From: Yuukianura sp. NJ FZ-2021
Lineage: Eukaryota
DNA: 64,000 nt
Assembly (NCBI GenBank): GCA_046563655.1
Contig: CM102283.1
Coordinates: forward strand, 1,240,001-1,304,000
Direction: 5' to 3'
Positions within the stretch are counted from its first letter, which is position 1, and each line of letters starts with the position of its first letter. Below are positions 41,610 through 54,472 of this stretch, one piece after another. Position numbers and translations under genes: made by a program. The notes under the pieces were generated by a model that saw nothing but the letters and a program-made list of their open reading frames with translations, ran no database searches and was not told the origin of the DNA.

Positions 41610-42488
41610 GTTTATTGATTTTCCAGGTTGTGATATTTCTTTTGAATTAAGTTTTAGAGTTTAATATTTCTTTTATTAATTAATTTTGAACAATGGGTAA
41701 AGGTAACTGTTTTTTCTGGCAATGCAAGAACATGATTCTAACGTTTTGAGAAGAAAAAGGAAGTTTCTGGGCAAAGTAAAGTCGAGAGATATGAAGCATT
41801 CGGATATTCCCATACATTTGTGAAAACGAAATGGTCAAAGGCCATACCTCCTAAAGTTCACTAACTAACTTTTCCTCTATTTCTGTTCAATATTTTAAAC
41901 GTTTAAATGTCTTGAAACAATTGACTACTTCATATTTCCTATCCTTAGTTTGGCAATAGGAATGTTGCCAAATGCCATGCAAATAAAAACACTACACCCA
42001 TTAACAAAACATGCTTCTAGTATTAAGATGCTGAAAAGACAAAAAAAAATTATTGTTGAATGTTTGTTTGATGAAAAAGGTGTACACACTTTAATAAATT
42101 TTTTACCCTTACGTTTCATCAATTAATTGCGTGTTAAGGAAGCAACTACTGACACTTTTTTCACAAAACCTATTTGGAAATTAAAAAAAAATTGTTAAAA
42201 CTTGTTATACCTAACTTCAAGGTTAATGGAGAGTGGAACGATAATGGAAACTTTGCGTGTTTAATTAAAAGTGTTGCTAGGTGAAAAGCATATTTAATGC
42301 GGAGCAGCTCCAACAAACCACTTTACAACATTTTTAGACAACATTTCAGAGTTGTTTTTGAACATTTCCAACCTCATTATAATTTTGCTTAAGGCTTTCA
42401 TAGGTTGTTATTGAGTCGTTGTTGACAAATCCCAATTATTTTTCTATTTTTAGATTTAATTTAAAAAAAGTAGCAATTTTTTTTTTAA

Positions 42489-43410
42489 ATGGCTGACGAC
42501 ACCTTACCAGATTTTGTGCAGGACATGGATGCCATTCTGCACCACAAAGCAGAATGGTCGAAAGGAGCTCCACCCAACTACAGCACAGTGAACAAAATAT
42601 ATTACTTTCATAGTAATTCTTTTTGTTTCAGAAAAGTTAATGTTTTTATGAAAACATTTAGACTTGAAATTTTCTGGAATAAATTCGATAGTGAAAAACA
42701 AAGGATTTTGTATTTACGGAGGAGACTTTTTTCAACAAAACATGACTAACAATATGGAAAAGATCCTCCAGAGAAGATCTTATTGCAAAAATAGGATATT
42801 TTTGAATATCAAGGTTTTTGAAATTCGCTACTTTTTCTTGCACATTTTTTTGAAATTTTGAACAGAACGATGGATCACCCCAGAGAAAGGTTCCTTGGAG
42901 GATATAATCACCAACTTGATCAAAAACTGGGAAAAGGAGTTGCTGCACAAAGCAAATCCAGCCGATTGGGTGACGACTGCGCCCGAACTGTTCCGATTGG
43001 GCGTCAATGGAGGTCCCTTGAAGGGGCTGGCAGAAATAGGGTACCTTGGAGCTTACAATGTATTCATAGGAGACACGGAGCACTACTGTGCAGGCAAGGT
43101 CACAGATCCGGCTCAAGCCGATCGGATTTTTCGCACAGCGTTGCCAAAGGGATTTGCGTGGGAATGCCTCCAAGTTTACTCAAAACCACCAGAGGTGGCT
43201 TTCAAATGGCGCCACTGGGGCTACATGGAAGGAGATCTGGAATGTCCAGGACGAAATGGGGAAATCAAGGTCAAAGGTCACGGCAAAAAAGTTGAAATTT
43301 TTGGAATGAGCACGGTGACGTTGAATGACAAGTACCAGATAATTGAAATGCAACATTTCTTCAGACCGGATGATCTTTTGGAACAAATGATTGAAGCGCC
43401 GACGGTTTAG
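42489..43410 (+). CDS. Pathogen-related (plant/fungal PR-family, SnoaL/NTF2-like) protein, copy 1 (exons 42489-42612, 42866-43410)
   Basis: GSLEDIITNLIKNWEKE..HK...DW; VNGGP; GAYN; GFAWECLQVYSKPP.VAFKWRHWGYMEG, matching the family signature FAWEVLEVYSGPP.V.F.WRHWG. Phase-1 intron. Confidence 0.85.
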
Positions 43411-43859
43411 AGTGTTGGGAAAGATGGTCTTCCACATTGATAAAAACATCGTAGCATACATGTCTTTGGATGTTCATGATTTTGTCTAATGCCAAGCCAG
43501 GTAAAGTTACTTTTAGCTTCTATTTTGTTGATAGTGAAATAGTTTCTTCTACCGTGTTATATCTTGCTTTACTAAAATTCCGATTTTTTACCATCAAAGT
43601 TCTTTGTTAACAGCCAACATGGAGCAAGTGACGATGTGAGATGAACGTTTTCTCAGCGAGATTTTTCTATGACAAAACCAGTTTCATCATGGTCAAGGTG
43701 ATCAATGTGAATTGATGTACATTCCGTGTTTTTGAGAAGCATCACTCCAGTATTCACACAAAAGTTTCAGCAAAGCGTTTTACAAAAAGGTTTAGCATTA
43801 CATCTTGAAAAGTGTGGTTTGGAAAAACACAACCTTTGCAATTTTTATCAAAACTGGGA

Positions 43860-46177
43860 ATGGGGCTAAGTTTAATTTTGGTTGTTGGAATTTTGGCACA
43901 AAATTGTTGGGCCAGTGACGAATTCCTGACGGTAAAAACAAATTCAGGATACATCAAAGGGATAAAATCAACTTCAAGAAATGGAGTAACCTACACAGGA
44001 TTTCGCGGGATTCAATACGGTGTACCGACGAAAAGATTCCAGGTTGAGTTAAAATTTTGAAACAAGTTTTGAAATCAAAAATGATGAAAATTCGAAAATT
44101 TATTTTTTTTTGGTTGAATTTTAGGAGGCTGATGCAGTTCAACCGTGGGATGGAGTGAAAAACACATTTGAGTTTGGAAATGACTGTGCACAGATCAACG
44201 TTTTCAAGCAAGCTGTAGTCACTGTAGAAGACTGTTTGTTTCTCAACGTTTATGTCCCAGAAATCCAGGTAATAGCGGGAAACTAGTTTCTTTTCAAGTT
44301 TTCTTTCAAAATTTGAAAATGCTCAAAATTTTGCATATTTTAGGACGGGAGGACTAAGAAGCCAGTGATTGTTTATATTCATGGAGGAGGATGGGAGTGG
44401 GGAAGTAGTCGAGAAGTTGGGGAAAAATTCTTTATGGATAAAGATGTTGTTTTCGTTTCCATAAACTACCGGTTGGGCCCGTTTGGTACGAAATTTCGAA
44501 AATTCTAGAAATGCCTTTTTGAAATTTTAGAAAACAATATAATTTTTTGCAGGATTTTTGGCGGTAAAAGACAACGCCAGAGCAAAAGGGAATGTTGGAA
44601 TGCGTGATCAGTTAATGGCGTTGAAGTGGGTAAAATCCAACATTGAGAACTTCGGCGGTGACCCGCAAAATATTGCAATCATGGGGGACAGTGCTGGAGC
44701 AGGTGAATTTCACAAGCATTTCTTTTTACAAAAACCGAAGATTACAAAAATATTGAACTTAAAATCTGAAAATTAACATTTGCCAGGTTCCGTCTCCCAT
44801 TTGCTCGTTTCACCTCTGGCAGAAGGTAACTTTTCTCCTGAATCCTGTACCTTATAATTAGTTTTAAAAATTGACAGAAAACCAATTCCACAGTCTGTTT
44901 TTGTCAGGATTGTTCCACAGAGCAATTCATCACAGCGGTTCGTATTTCAATCCATGGATGTGGCGCTCCATTGAAGATATGCAAGGAAATGTTATCAAAC
45001 TTGCGCAGCACTCGGGTTGTTCGACCAACTCTACCGACGAAATAATCGATTGCTTAGAGCAACAAAGTGTTGAGAGCATCATCTTTGCTCAGGAAAAACT
45101 CTACGTACGTGAAATTATTACATGCAAACTAATTTGAGGATTTGAAAAGTTTTGAAGCTGGATTCCTTTAAAAACAGAAATTCTACATCGATCCAGTGAT
45201 ACGTTTCCCGCCCATAGCGGATGGAAGCATTGCTGGTGGCTTTATGGCTAAAAATCCAGCCGACGCCCTTCACGAAGGACGATTCCATAAAGTACCAATC
45301 ATTTTTACTGCATGTGCGGATGAGGGTCTCCTACTTCATGCTGCGTGTAAGATTAAGAAAACAACCTCGCGAGAAAGAAAACCTCAAACATTTTCGCCCT
45401 TTTTGAATTTGAATTTCTTTTAACAGCGATTGTCCAAAGTGAGGAGCATATCAAAGCTCTTAATGAAAACTGGGCAGAAAATGGCGGGGTCGAGGCCTGG
45501 CTTGATGAAGATCCAAGAATTCCCGCGCTAAGTTCAGAGGAAAAACAAAGGTTAATGACCTCTGTGTGGAACCACTACTTTGGACAAGGGAAGAAGCTAA
45601 AGGTGAATGACCCCTGGTCCCTGCAAAGGCTAACAGAGTTCTACAGTGACCGGTTCTTCCTACATGGAATTGGGAAAACAGCTCTGGCCATGTCTCACTT
45701 TACCCCAGTATACGTCGGGCTGTTCACTGACGTTGGTGCTGACAGCACAACGCGTCTGTTTGGCTACAATCAAACCTTGGGCGTGGCACATGTCGATGAC
45801 CTCCAATTTTTCTTTCATGATTTTGGTCTTGGGGAGTTTCCACATACTCCAAAGCAAACAGAATTTTCTGAAGGACTCATTGACATTTGGGTTAACTTTG
45901 CAGCTACCGGGTAAAAATGAGTTCAAAATTTTATTTAACTTGAAGTAATTTGGATTTTGAATTTTGGTTTTCCAGGGTGCCTTCTGGAACGGTTGGAAAG
46001 GAGCGATTTGATTGGCCTAAAGTTGCTGAACATGAGAGGAACACAGGTCAATTGTTTTGGGTGGATCTAGGCAAAATTCCAAAGACAGTTCGAATTCCGT
46101 TTGCCAAAAGACTTGAAATTTGGGACAGAATTTATGAACAATATGGAAGTGATCAATTAAGCCACGATGAACTGTAG
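43860..46177 (+). CDS. Type-B carboxylesterase with signal peptide and C-terminal HDEL (9 exons, ~569 aa)
   Basis: EDCLFLNVY, HGGGW, NYRLGPFGFL, GDSAG nucleophile elbow, CADEG, GVAHVDDL, HDEL*. Exons 43860-44042, 44125-44268, 44344-44485, 44553-44702, 44787-44825, 44908-45104, 45178-45346, 45427-45910, 45976-46177 all join in frame. Confidence 0.92.
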
Positions 46178-46456
46178 TGTATTTATGATGCATTTGGAAA
46201 TAAAGACCTAAACATTAACCGATTTGGAAAATAAAGTACTAAAAAAATTGAGACAAACAGCTTACAAGATTAAAAAAAAGGATACGATTTTTGACCGTTA
46301 GTAATTACGGTACGAAAGCTGCTTCGTGCATCCACCCCGTCTGTTTGTCTGCCTTATTACTTATTTCTGATTCATTTAATTTTTCTCAGCATGGATAACA
46401 CATGGAGTTGAAAAAAAAAACGCGCAGTGCTTTTGAATTTTTCCTTGTCGAAATTG

Positions 46457-46735
46457 GGGAAGAAGCTCAAGGTCAATGACCCCTGGACCCTGCAAAAGCT
46501 AACAGAGTTCTCCAGTGACCGTTACTTATTTCATGGAATTGGAAAAACTGCTCTTGCCAGGTCTCACCTTACCCCAGTGTATGTCGGGCTGTTCACTGAT
46601 GTTGGTGCTGACAGCACAACGCGACTTTTTGGCTACAGTCAAACCTTGGGCGTGGCACATGTCGATGACCTCCAATTTTTCTTTCATGATTTTGGTCTGG
46701 GACTATTTGCACATACTCCGAAACAAACAGAATTT
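46457..46735 (+). pseudogene. Carboxylesterase exon-8 fragment
   Basis: GKKLKVNDPW...GVAHVDDL...KQTEF, a near copy of 45588-45866 with no flanking exons. Confidence 0.85.
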
Positions 46736-47581
46736 CGCTATTAGATTTGCTGTTCTGAAATGAAATTCTGCATTGACTTTGCATTATAAAAAAATTCCGT
46801 GCCTTGACTGGTTGTTCTTGAAGTCAAAATATTTCCGAAAAAGTAAATCCCGAGTGAACATTCCTAAGTGAGACTATTTTTCAATTCCATATTCATATTT
46901 ACTTTAACCTCAAAAACTAGCCTTTTCCCATTTCATGTTTGAGACAAAATCAAAATGTCGTAGGTCACGCGGCCTGGCTGATTCATTTTTAGTCTTCTGC
47001 ACGGTCTATGGTCTAGGTCTATCTTCAGCACGACTTTAGTTGTATTTAGCCCCCAAAAGGTTAATACTGCCCTCGTGAACAAAACGTAGTATCTCTAGAA
47101 TAGTATTTAGATGCTAAGATGGTAAAAAAAAGTATAGAATGTTGTCAGTAGAAAAAAATTAGCTAGAAAAACAGTAGTTTTTTTCCCATAAATTTTCATT
47201 ACAGTTAAATTATTCCGTGCAAAAATATTAACAACTGAGAGACTTTTTTGGTTGAACAGCACACATTTGGAGGTAACAAAATTGGTTAAAACTTGTTATA
47301 GCTAACTTCAAGGTTAATGGGAACTGGAGCTATAATGGGACCATTGCGTGTTTAATTAAAATTATTTCAAGGCGAGTGGGATATTTAAGGCAGAGAATCT
47401 CCAGCAGACGACTGTCAAATATATTTAGACAACGTTTTTAAGTTTCTGTTTGAGCACTTTCCAACCTGTTTATAATTTTGCTTGACTCTTTCTTTAGGTC
47501 TAATTAAGTGAATAGTTGTTACGAACTCACCAATTATTTTTGGATTTTATTTGAAAAATTAACTAGGTTTTTTTTTTTGAA

Positions 47582-48496
47582 ATGGCTGACAACACCTTAC
47601 CAGATTTTGTGCAAGACATGGATGCCGTTCTGCACCACAAAGCAGAATGGTCGAAAGGAGCTTCACCCAACTATAGCACAGTGAACAAAATATACTTTGA
47701 TGGTAAAATATTTTTCAAAAAATTTGCCACGTATAAAACTTCACCTAAAATGCAGAATTTTTAATTTTCGGAAATAATTCCATCTTAAAAAAAATCTTTC
47801 AAGATTTGCATTTATATGCAACATTTTGTTAAATAAACTTCGACTATTTTGGAAAAGCTCTGGTGGAAATTTCAATTCAGAAATTGAATATTTCTGGGCA
47901 TAGTGTTTTTGAAGTTTTTAAATTTTGCAAACATTTTTAAATTTTGAACAGAACGATGGAACACACCAGAGAAAGGTTCGCTAGAGGATATAATCACCAA
48001 CTTGATCAAGAACTGGGAGAAGGAATTGCTGCACAAAGCGAATCCAGCTGATTGGGTGACATTCTCACCCGAACAGTTCCGATTGGGCGTCAATGGAGGT
48101 CCCTTGAAGGGACTCGCTGAAATAGGATCCCTCGGAGCGTACAATATATTTATAGGAGACACAGAGTACTACTGCGCAAGCAAGGTCACTGATCCCGCTC
48201 GAGCCGATCGGATCTTTCGTACAGCGTTGCCAAAAGGCTTTGCGTGGGAATGCCTCCAAGTTTACTCAAAACCGCCAAAGGTGGCGTTCAAATGGCGTCA
48301 CTGGGGCTACATGGAAGGAGATCTGGAATGTCCCGGACGAAATGGAGAAATGAAGGTCAAAGGTGACGGCAGAAAAGTTGAAATTTTTGGAGTGAGCACG
48401 GTGACGTTGAATGAAAAGTACCAGATAATTCAAATGGAGCATTTCTTCAGACCGGATCATCTTTTGGAGCAAATGACTGAAGTGCCGACGGCTTAG
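47582..48496 (+). CDS. Pathogen-related (SnoaL/NTF2-like) protein, copy 2 (exons 47582-47702, 47952-48496)
   Basis: Close paralog of copy 1; intact frame. Confidence 0.85.
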
Positions 48497-49432
48497 AGTC
48501 TTTGCAAAGGTGGCATTTGACCTTTATAAGAAACTAAACATATATGCCTTTTGCGTTCATAATTTTTTCTGATGTTAGGCTAAACAACGTTACTATTAGC
48601 TTTCATTTTGAATGAAGTTAGTTACTTGTATTCTTATCCTGGGTCTACTGAAGTTCCGTATTTTCATCATACCACAAAAAATAATCTTTTTTTTAACAAA
48701 AAAATACTTTTGGGACCTTGTGTTTATGACCTTGGACGGGCGCGGGTTCGAGTCTCGGTGTCGCCGACACGAAAGTCGTTTTCCAGAAATAGTTTTTCCA
48801 CTTTCCTAGCCCGGATGGGGGGGGGGGGTGTTCGGATGATAGGTCATGTGAGTGCGTGTGATGAGGTCGCCAATAGCAGTGGCGACGGGTGGACTTAGGC
48901 CGGTATGTGTACGACGCTGTTCCTGTTACTTGCCATTGGCTGTGAAATGTGGTAGGACCGTGGCACAGTGGGGCAGGAGTCCAGAAAAGCAAAAATGAGT
49001 TTCCATAAGAAGGTTGTGTGTTGACTCATTTCGTTCTTTTGGGGTTTTGGGTAACGTGCGTTGTCCGTTCAGCTCCAGCAGAAAGCTTCTCGTTCCTTCC
49101 ATCAGAACTTAACGCGAACTACGTGACTGGACCACCGCCTCGTTCCATAGGACCTCAAAGCCAACCCAGAAATTCCCTACCCCTCATTGATGTAGCATTT
49201 GTTTACGTCAATTAATCCTACAAAAAAATTCTTGCATGGTGAGTGGGATAGTTAAGACGGAGAATCTCCAGCAGACGACTTTAAAACATTTTTAGACAAC
49301 ATTTCTAAGTTTCTGTTTTGGAACTTTTCCAACCTGTTTATAATTTGGCTTCACTCTTTCTTTAGGTCTGCACAACTTACTTTTTCCATCGTTATAGTTG
49401 ATTTCAAAGAATTAACTAGTTTTTTGTTTGAA

Positions 49433-50331
49433 ATGGCTGACAACACCTTACCAGATTTCATACAAGACATAGATGCCATTTTTCACCACAAAGCAGAGTG
49501 GTCGAAAGGAGCTCCACCCAACTACAGCACAGTGAACAAAATATACTTTGATGGTAAAAAAAAGTTTTCAGAAAAGCTACAAACTAAAACTAACAAAAAA
49601 AAAATCAGAATTTTAAATTTTCGAAAATAATGCGATATTTTTAGAAAAGTTTTTGAGGATTTGTATTTCTGTAGAAGATTTCCAATTTTCCAGAAGGGAA
49701 ATTCTAATGCAGAAATTGGACATTCTGGTCATTGTGTTTTTCAATTTTTTAATTTATACAATTTAATTTTTTTTAATTTTGAACAGAACGATGGAACACA
49801 CCAGAGAAAGGCTCGCTAGAGGATATGATCACCAATTTGATCAAGAACTGGGAGAATGAGATGCTGTACAAAGTGAATTCATCTGATTGGGTGACGATTA
49901 CACCCGAATTGTTCCGATTGGGCGTCAACGGAGGTCCCTTGAAGGGAGTCGCAGAAATAGGATCCCTTGGAGCTAACAATGTACTCATAGGGGATACAGA
50001 GTACTACTGCGCAAGCAAGGTCACTGACCCAGCTCGCGCCGATCGCATCTTCCGTACAGCGTTGCCAAAAGGCTTTGCATGGGAATGTCTCCAAGTTTAC
50101 TCAAAACCACCAAAGGTGGCGTTCAAGTGGCGTCACTGGGGCTACATGGAAGGAGATCTTGAATGTCCCGGACGAAATGGAGAAATCAAGGTCAAAGGTC
50201 ACGGCAAGAAAGTTGAAATGTTTGGAATGAGCACGGTGACGTTGAATGAAAAGTACCAGATAATTCAAATGGAGCATTTCTTCAGACCGGATCATCTTCT
50301 GGAACAAATGATTGAAGCGCCGACGGCTTAG
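49433..50331 (+). CDS. Pathogen-related (SnoaL/NTF2-like) protein, copy 3 (exons 49433-49553, 49787-50331)
   Basis: Paralog with an intact frame; GAYN is changed to GANN. Confidence 0.85.
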
Positions 50332-50699
50332 CGTTTTTGGCAAAAAAATGGAATTTGACATTTACAAAAAAAAAACTGTAGCATATATGCGTTCTGCGTT
50401 CATAATTTTTTCTGATGTTAGGCTAAGCATAGTTGCTTTTAGCTTCCATTTTGGGTGAAGTAGATACTTGTATTCTTATTGGGCTGCTAAAGTTTAGCAT
50501 TTTTTTTATGTTACCAAAAATGTGGTAATGTGGACTTGGAATGTGGGACCGAATTTGTGAACACTACGGAAGTGACAAATCAAGCCATGATGAATTGTAA
50601 TATTTACAGTTTGTTTCATTTGCCATGTTTCATTTGATCACTACAAATTACAGAGTAGGCCCATTTGGTACCTGATTATGAAAAGATAGTTATAAGTAG

Positions 50700-51711
50700 C
50701 AGGGTGTCGTTGGTTTAAACCAGTTGGTTTAAACCATGGTTTAAACCACGGTTTAAACCACTTGGTTTTTTTAAAAAAACCATTGGTTTAAACCAAATCA
50801 AGAATTTCATGCGAAATCATAAAAAAAATTCGAAATAGTTTCACAGGAGCATTGTTTTTCTCATTTTCTGCCAAAATATTTTTAGTTTTGCTTGAAAAAC
50901 CGAAACCTCCTGCTGTTTCCAGTGTATTTTCAGAATTAGACCGCCTTAACGAGCATTCAAAGTTATTCTTCTATCTTATTGTTCAATACGCCATCGTTTT
51001 AAGGCTAAAATTGTTTGTAGTTTTGAGTTAATTGAACAATGAGTAGCGGTAGGAAACGTGAAATCGTTTGGTTAAGCTTCCAGGAAGTAATTTCTCGTGA
51101 CCAAAAGGGCAGTAGGGCAAAATGTAACGCCTGTGGACAAGAAGTGGAAGGTCAAGTGGCAATTTTTAACTGCAAAGGTTTCGAAAAATGTAATGGATTC
51201 CACTAGGAAGAGAATGTCGCAGGCCAGTGCCTGCGACATTCTCCTAACCTTCCTATTCATTATTTGGCCAATCTGATGCATTCTGTCTAGCTTGGCAAAA
51301 AAAACTGTCGGAGCATGTAAATTGAACTCGCCGTTACTTATGCAGCATTGAAAACGAAAGGGCTCCAGGATTTTTAGCAGTCTTTACGAAGTACAGAGCA
51401 CAAGCGGAACCATTCCAAAAAGTTTTGTTTTCTGACACTGTTTTGACGACATGACATATCTGCTTCTGATTGTTGGAACTGTTTTAGTTTAGTTTAAATT
51501 TCAACTTGATTCGAAAGGGTACCTAATGTAAATATACCAGATATCCTTGGCACCCATTTTAATTTACTTCTAGACCCTTCTTTTTTTTGCACATCGCACA
51601 TAAATCCGCAAGCTTTGGTTTAAACCAAAAAAACCGAAAAAACCTGGTTTAAACCAAAAAAACCGGTTTTTTTGGTTTTTTTCAAAAAAACCGAAAAAAC
51701 CCGACACCCTG
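50700..51711. mobile_element. Non-autonomous hAT element
   Basis: TIRs cagggtgtcg / cgacaccctg; perfect 8-bp TSD ataagtag (50692-50699, 51712-51719); subterminal ggtttaaacc palindromic repeats. Confidence 0.9.
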
Positions 51712-51911
51712 ATAAGTAGGTATATTAATATATTAATTCATAGTATTTTAGCTATATTTCATTACGGTTTTTTTAAATGTTTTCTCTTGATTTTCTAAAA
51801 CGTTTGGTATTCCAAAAGGGAATCTTCAGAAAGCAGCATCACAAGATGCTGCTTCACTTTTAGTAGCACTGCATTTTGTGAAAGCAAATTATTCATAACT
51901 TTGGTGGTGTG

Positions 51912-52120
51912 CCAAAGGTGGCGTTCAAGTGTACTAGACGTACATGGAAGGAAATCTGCAATGTCCCGGATGAAATGGGGAAATCAAGGTCAAAGGTTAT
52001 GGCCAAAAAGTTGAAATGTTTGGATTGAGCACAGTGATTGAATGACAAGTACCACATAATTCAAATGTAGCGTTTCTTCAGATTGGATCGTCTTCTAGAA
52101 CAAATAATTGAAGCACTTAG
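51912..52120 (+). pseudogene. Degenerate 3' fragment of a pathogen-related gene
   Basis: ccaaaggtggcgttcaagtg...ggaaatcaaggtcaaagg...gaacaaataattgaagc with stops and indels. Confidence 0.8.
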
Positions 52121-52604
52121 AATCTGTGTAAACGTGACTTTTGACCTTTATAAAAACTATAATAGCTTTTGTTGTTCATAATCTTGTCTAATGTTGGGCT
52201 GCGTAGTGAACTTTAGCCTCCATTTTGAAAACTCATGGCCATGCAAGTTCAGGCACTCATCCATTTCTTACACTTGATATCTTATTAAATTATTACGTGA
52301 TAAGGAGTCAACAACTGACACTTTTTTTTGTTGAATAGCACACATTTGAAGGTTAAAAAAATTGTTAAAACTTATCGCTAACTTTAAGGTTAGTGGTAGG
52401 TGCGGAGCTATTGTGGGATCTTTGTGTGTTAACCAAACTAAAACATTTTCAGACAACATTTTTAAGTTTCTATTTTGCAACTTTTCCACCCTGTTTATAG
52501 TTTGGTTTGGCTCTTCGTTGGGTCTAATTAAGTGAATCGTTGTTACGAACTCAACACTTGGGTTTTGAATTGAATTTCAAAAAATTAAAGTTTTTTTTTT
52601 TGAA

Positions 52605-53533
52605 ATGGCTGACAAGACGTTACCAGATTTTATGCAAGACATGGATGCCATTCTGCACCACAAAGCAGAATGGTCCAAAGGAACTCCACCCAACTTTAGC
52701 ACAGTGTACAAAATATACTTTGATGGTAAAGTATTTTTCAGAAAAGTTGCCACGTATTATAAACGTTAACATAAAATTCAGAATGTAAAATTTTTGGGAA
52801 TAAGTCGATATTAAAAAAAGTTTTTGAGGATTTGTATTTATGTAAAAGATTTAGTTAAATAAACTTTTTTTTTAGATTTTTTTAGAAAGCTGTAAGGGAA
52901 ATTCGAATGCTGAAATTAACATTGCTGGACATTGTGCTTTTGAAATTGTTAATCTTTAAAAAACATTTCTTTTTGAAATTTTGAACAGAACGATGGAATA
53001 CCCCAGAAAAAGGTTCCCTAGAGGATATGATCACCAACTTGATCAAGAACTGGGAAAAGGAGTTGCTGCACAAAGCGAATCCAGCTGATTGGGTGACATT
53101 TTCACCCGAACTGTTCCGATTGGGCGTCAATGGAGGTCCGTTGAAGGGGCTCACAGAAATAGGATCCCTTGGAGCTTATAATGTATTCATAGGAGACACG
53201 GAGCACTACTGTGCAAGCAAGGTCACTGACCCAGCTCGCGCCGATCGTATCTTCCGTACAGCGTTGCCAAAAGGCTTTGCGTGGGAGTGTCTCCAAGTTT
53301 ACTCAAAACCACCAAAGGTGGCGTTCAAGTGGCGTCACTGGGGCTACATGGAAGGAGATCTGGAATGTCCCGGACGAAATGGAGAAATCAAGGTCAAAGG
53401 TCACGGCAAAAAAGTTGAAATTTTTGGAATGAGCACGGTGACGTTGAACGACAAGTACCAGATACTTGAAATGGAACATTTCTTCCGACCGGATCATCTT
53501 CTGGAACAAATGGTTGAAGCGCCGACGGCTTAG
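52605..53533 (+). CDS. Pathogen-related (SnoaL/NTF2-like) protein, copy 4 (exons 52605-52725, 52989-53533)
   Basis: Paralog with an intact frame and splice sites. Confidence 0.85.
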
Positions 53534-53959
53534 AGTCTTTGCAAAGATGGCATTTGACCTATACAAAAAAAACTTCAACATATATGCCTTTTGCGTTCAT
53601 AATTTTTTCTGATGTTAGGCTAAGCAAAGCTACTTTTAGCTTCCATTTTGGGTGAAGTAAATACTTGTATTCTTATTGGTCTACTAAAGTTCAGCATTTT
53701 TATGTTACCAAAAAAAAACCTTCTTTTCACAAGAAAAAAACTTTTACCACGTGTGCGATTATGCGACAAAAGTCTTAGGCCGCCAGATTTTTTTTTGAAA
53801 CAAAACCCATTTCATCATGGCCAAGGTCGTAGTCAACTATACTATATGAGTTTTCCGCGTTTGTGAAAAATGTCACTCCATTTGTCACACTGTTTTGAGC
53901 AAACGGTTGCAGGAAGGCCTTCATCCCAACTCATGTGGTTTGCAAAAACTTTACCTTAG

Positions 53960-54050
53960 CAAATTTTGTCAAAATTGCGAATACGGCTATGTATAATTTT
54001 GGTTGTTGGAATTTTGGCGCATTGTTGTCAGGCCAGTGACAAATTCCTGA
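53960..54050 (+). pseudogene. Carboxylesterase 5' (signal peptide) relic
   Basis: aattttggttgttggaattttggcgcattgttgtcaggccagtgacaaattcctgac matches 43874-43930, then switches abruptly to PR-gene 3'-flank-like sequence. Confidence 0.7.
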
Positions 54051-54472
54051 CTTAGAGTCATAATTTTTCCTAATGTGAGGCTACGTAGTTAGTTTTAGCC
54101 TCCATTTTTAGCTGAAAGTGAAGTTGATATTTTACGTATCTTATAATTAACCGCTTATCTTTGTTAATTAAAACGCGACATTTTTTATGTTAGAAAAAAA
54201 AATTGTTTTTTTTTTGCCAAAAAAAATGTGGAACGTGGGTGTGATAATGTGACATTAAAAGCTAATCTCAATTAGAGTTTTCTATAAAAAAAAAACTCGT
54301 CTCATCGTGACCAAGGTCATGGTCAACTGATGAGGTTTCGCGTTTTTCAGGAACGCGTGGCCCCATTTCTGACACAGACGTTTTCAGTGAAGCGTTGCAG
54401 GAAGGCCATCAGTTATCACAACTCGAGCAGTTTGCAGAAATTCAACATTTTCAAATTTTCCAAAAAGTGGGT

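Noticed and set aside
39872-41664. Long ORFs (360, 259, 211 aa)
   Set aside because: They come from stop-poor GC-rich minisatellites inside the DINE-like dimer and are open in several frames.
50900-51500. Possible transposase remnant in the hAT element
   Set aside because: No recognisable transposase motifs by eye.
42658-53581. Recurring antisense ORFs over the PR genes
   Set aside because: Shadow frames of the duplicated sense CDS.
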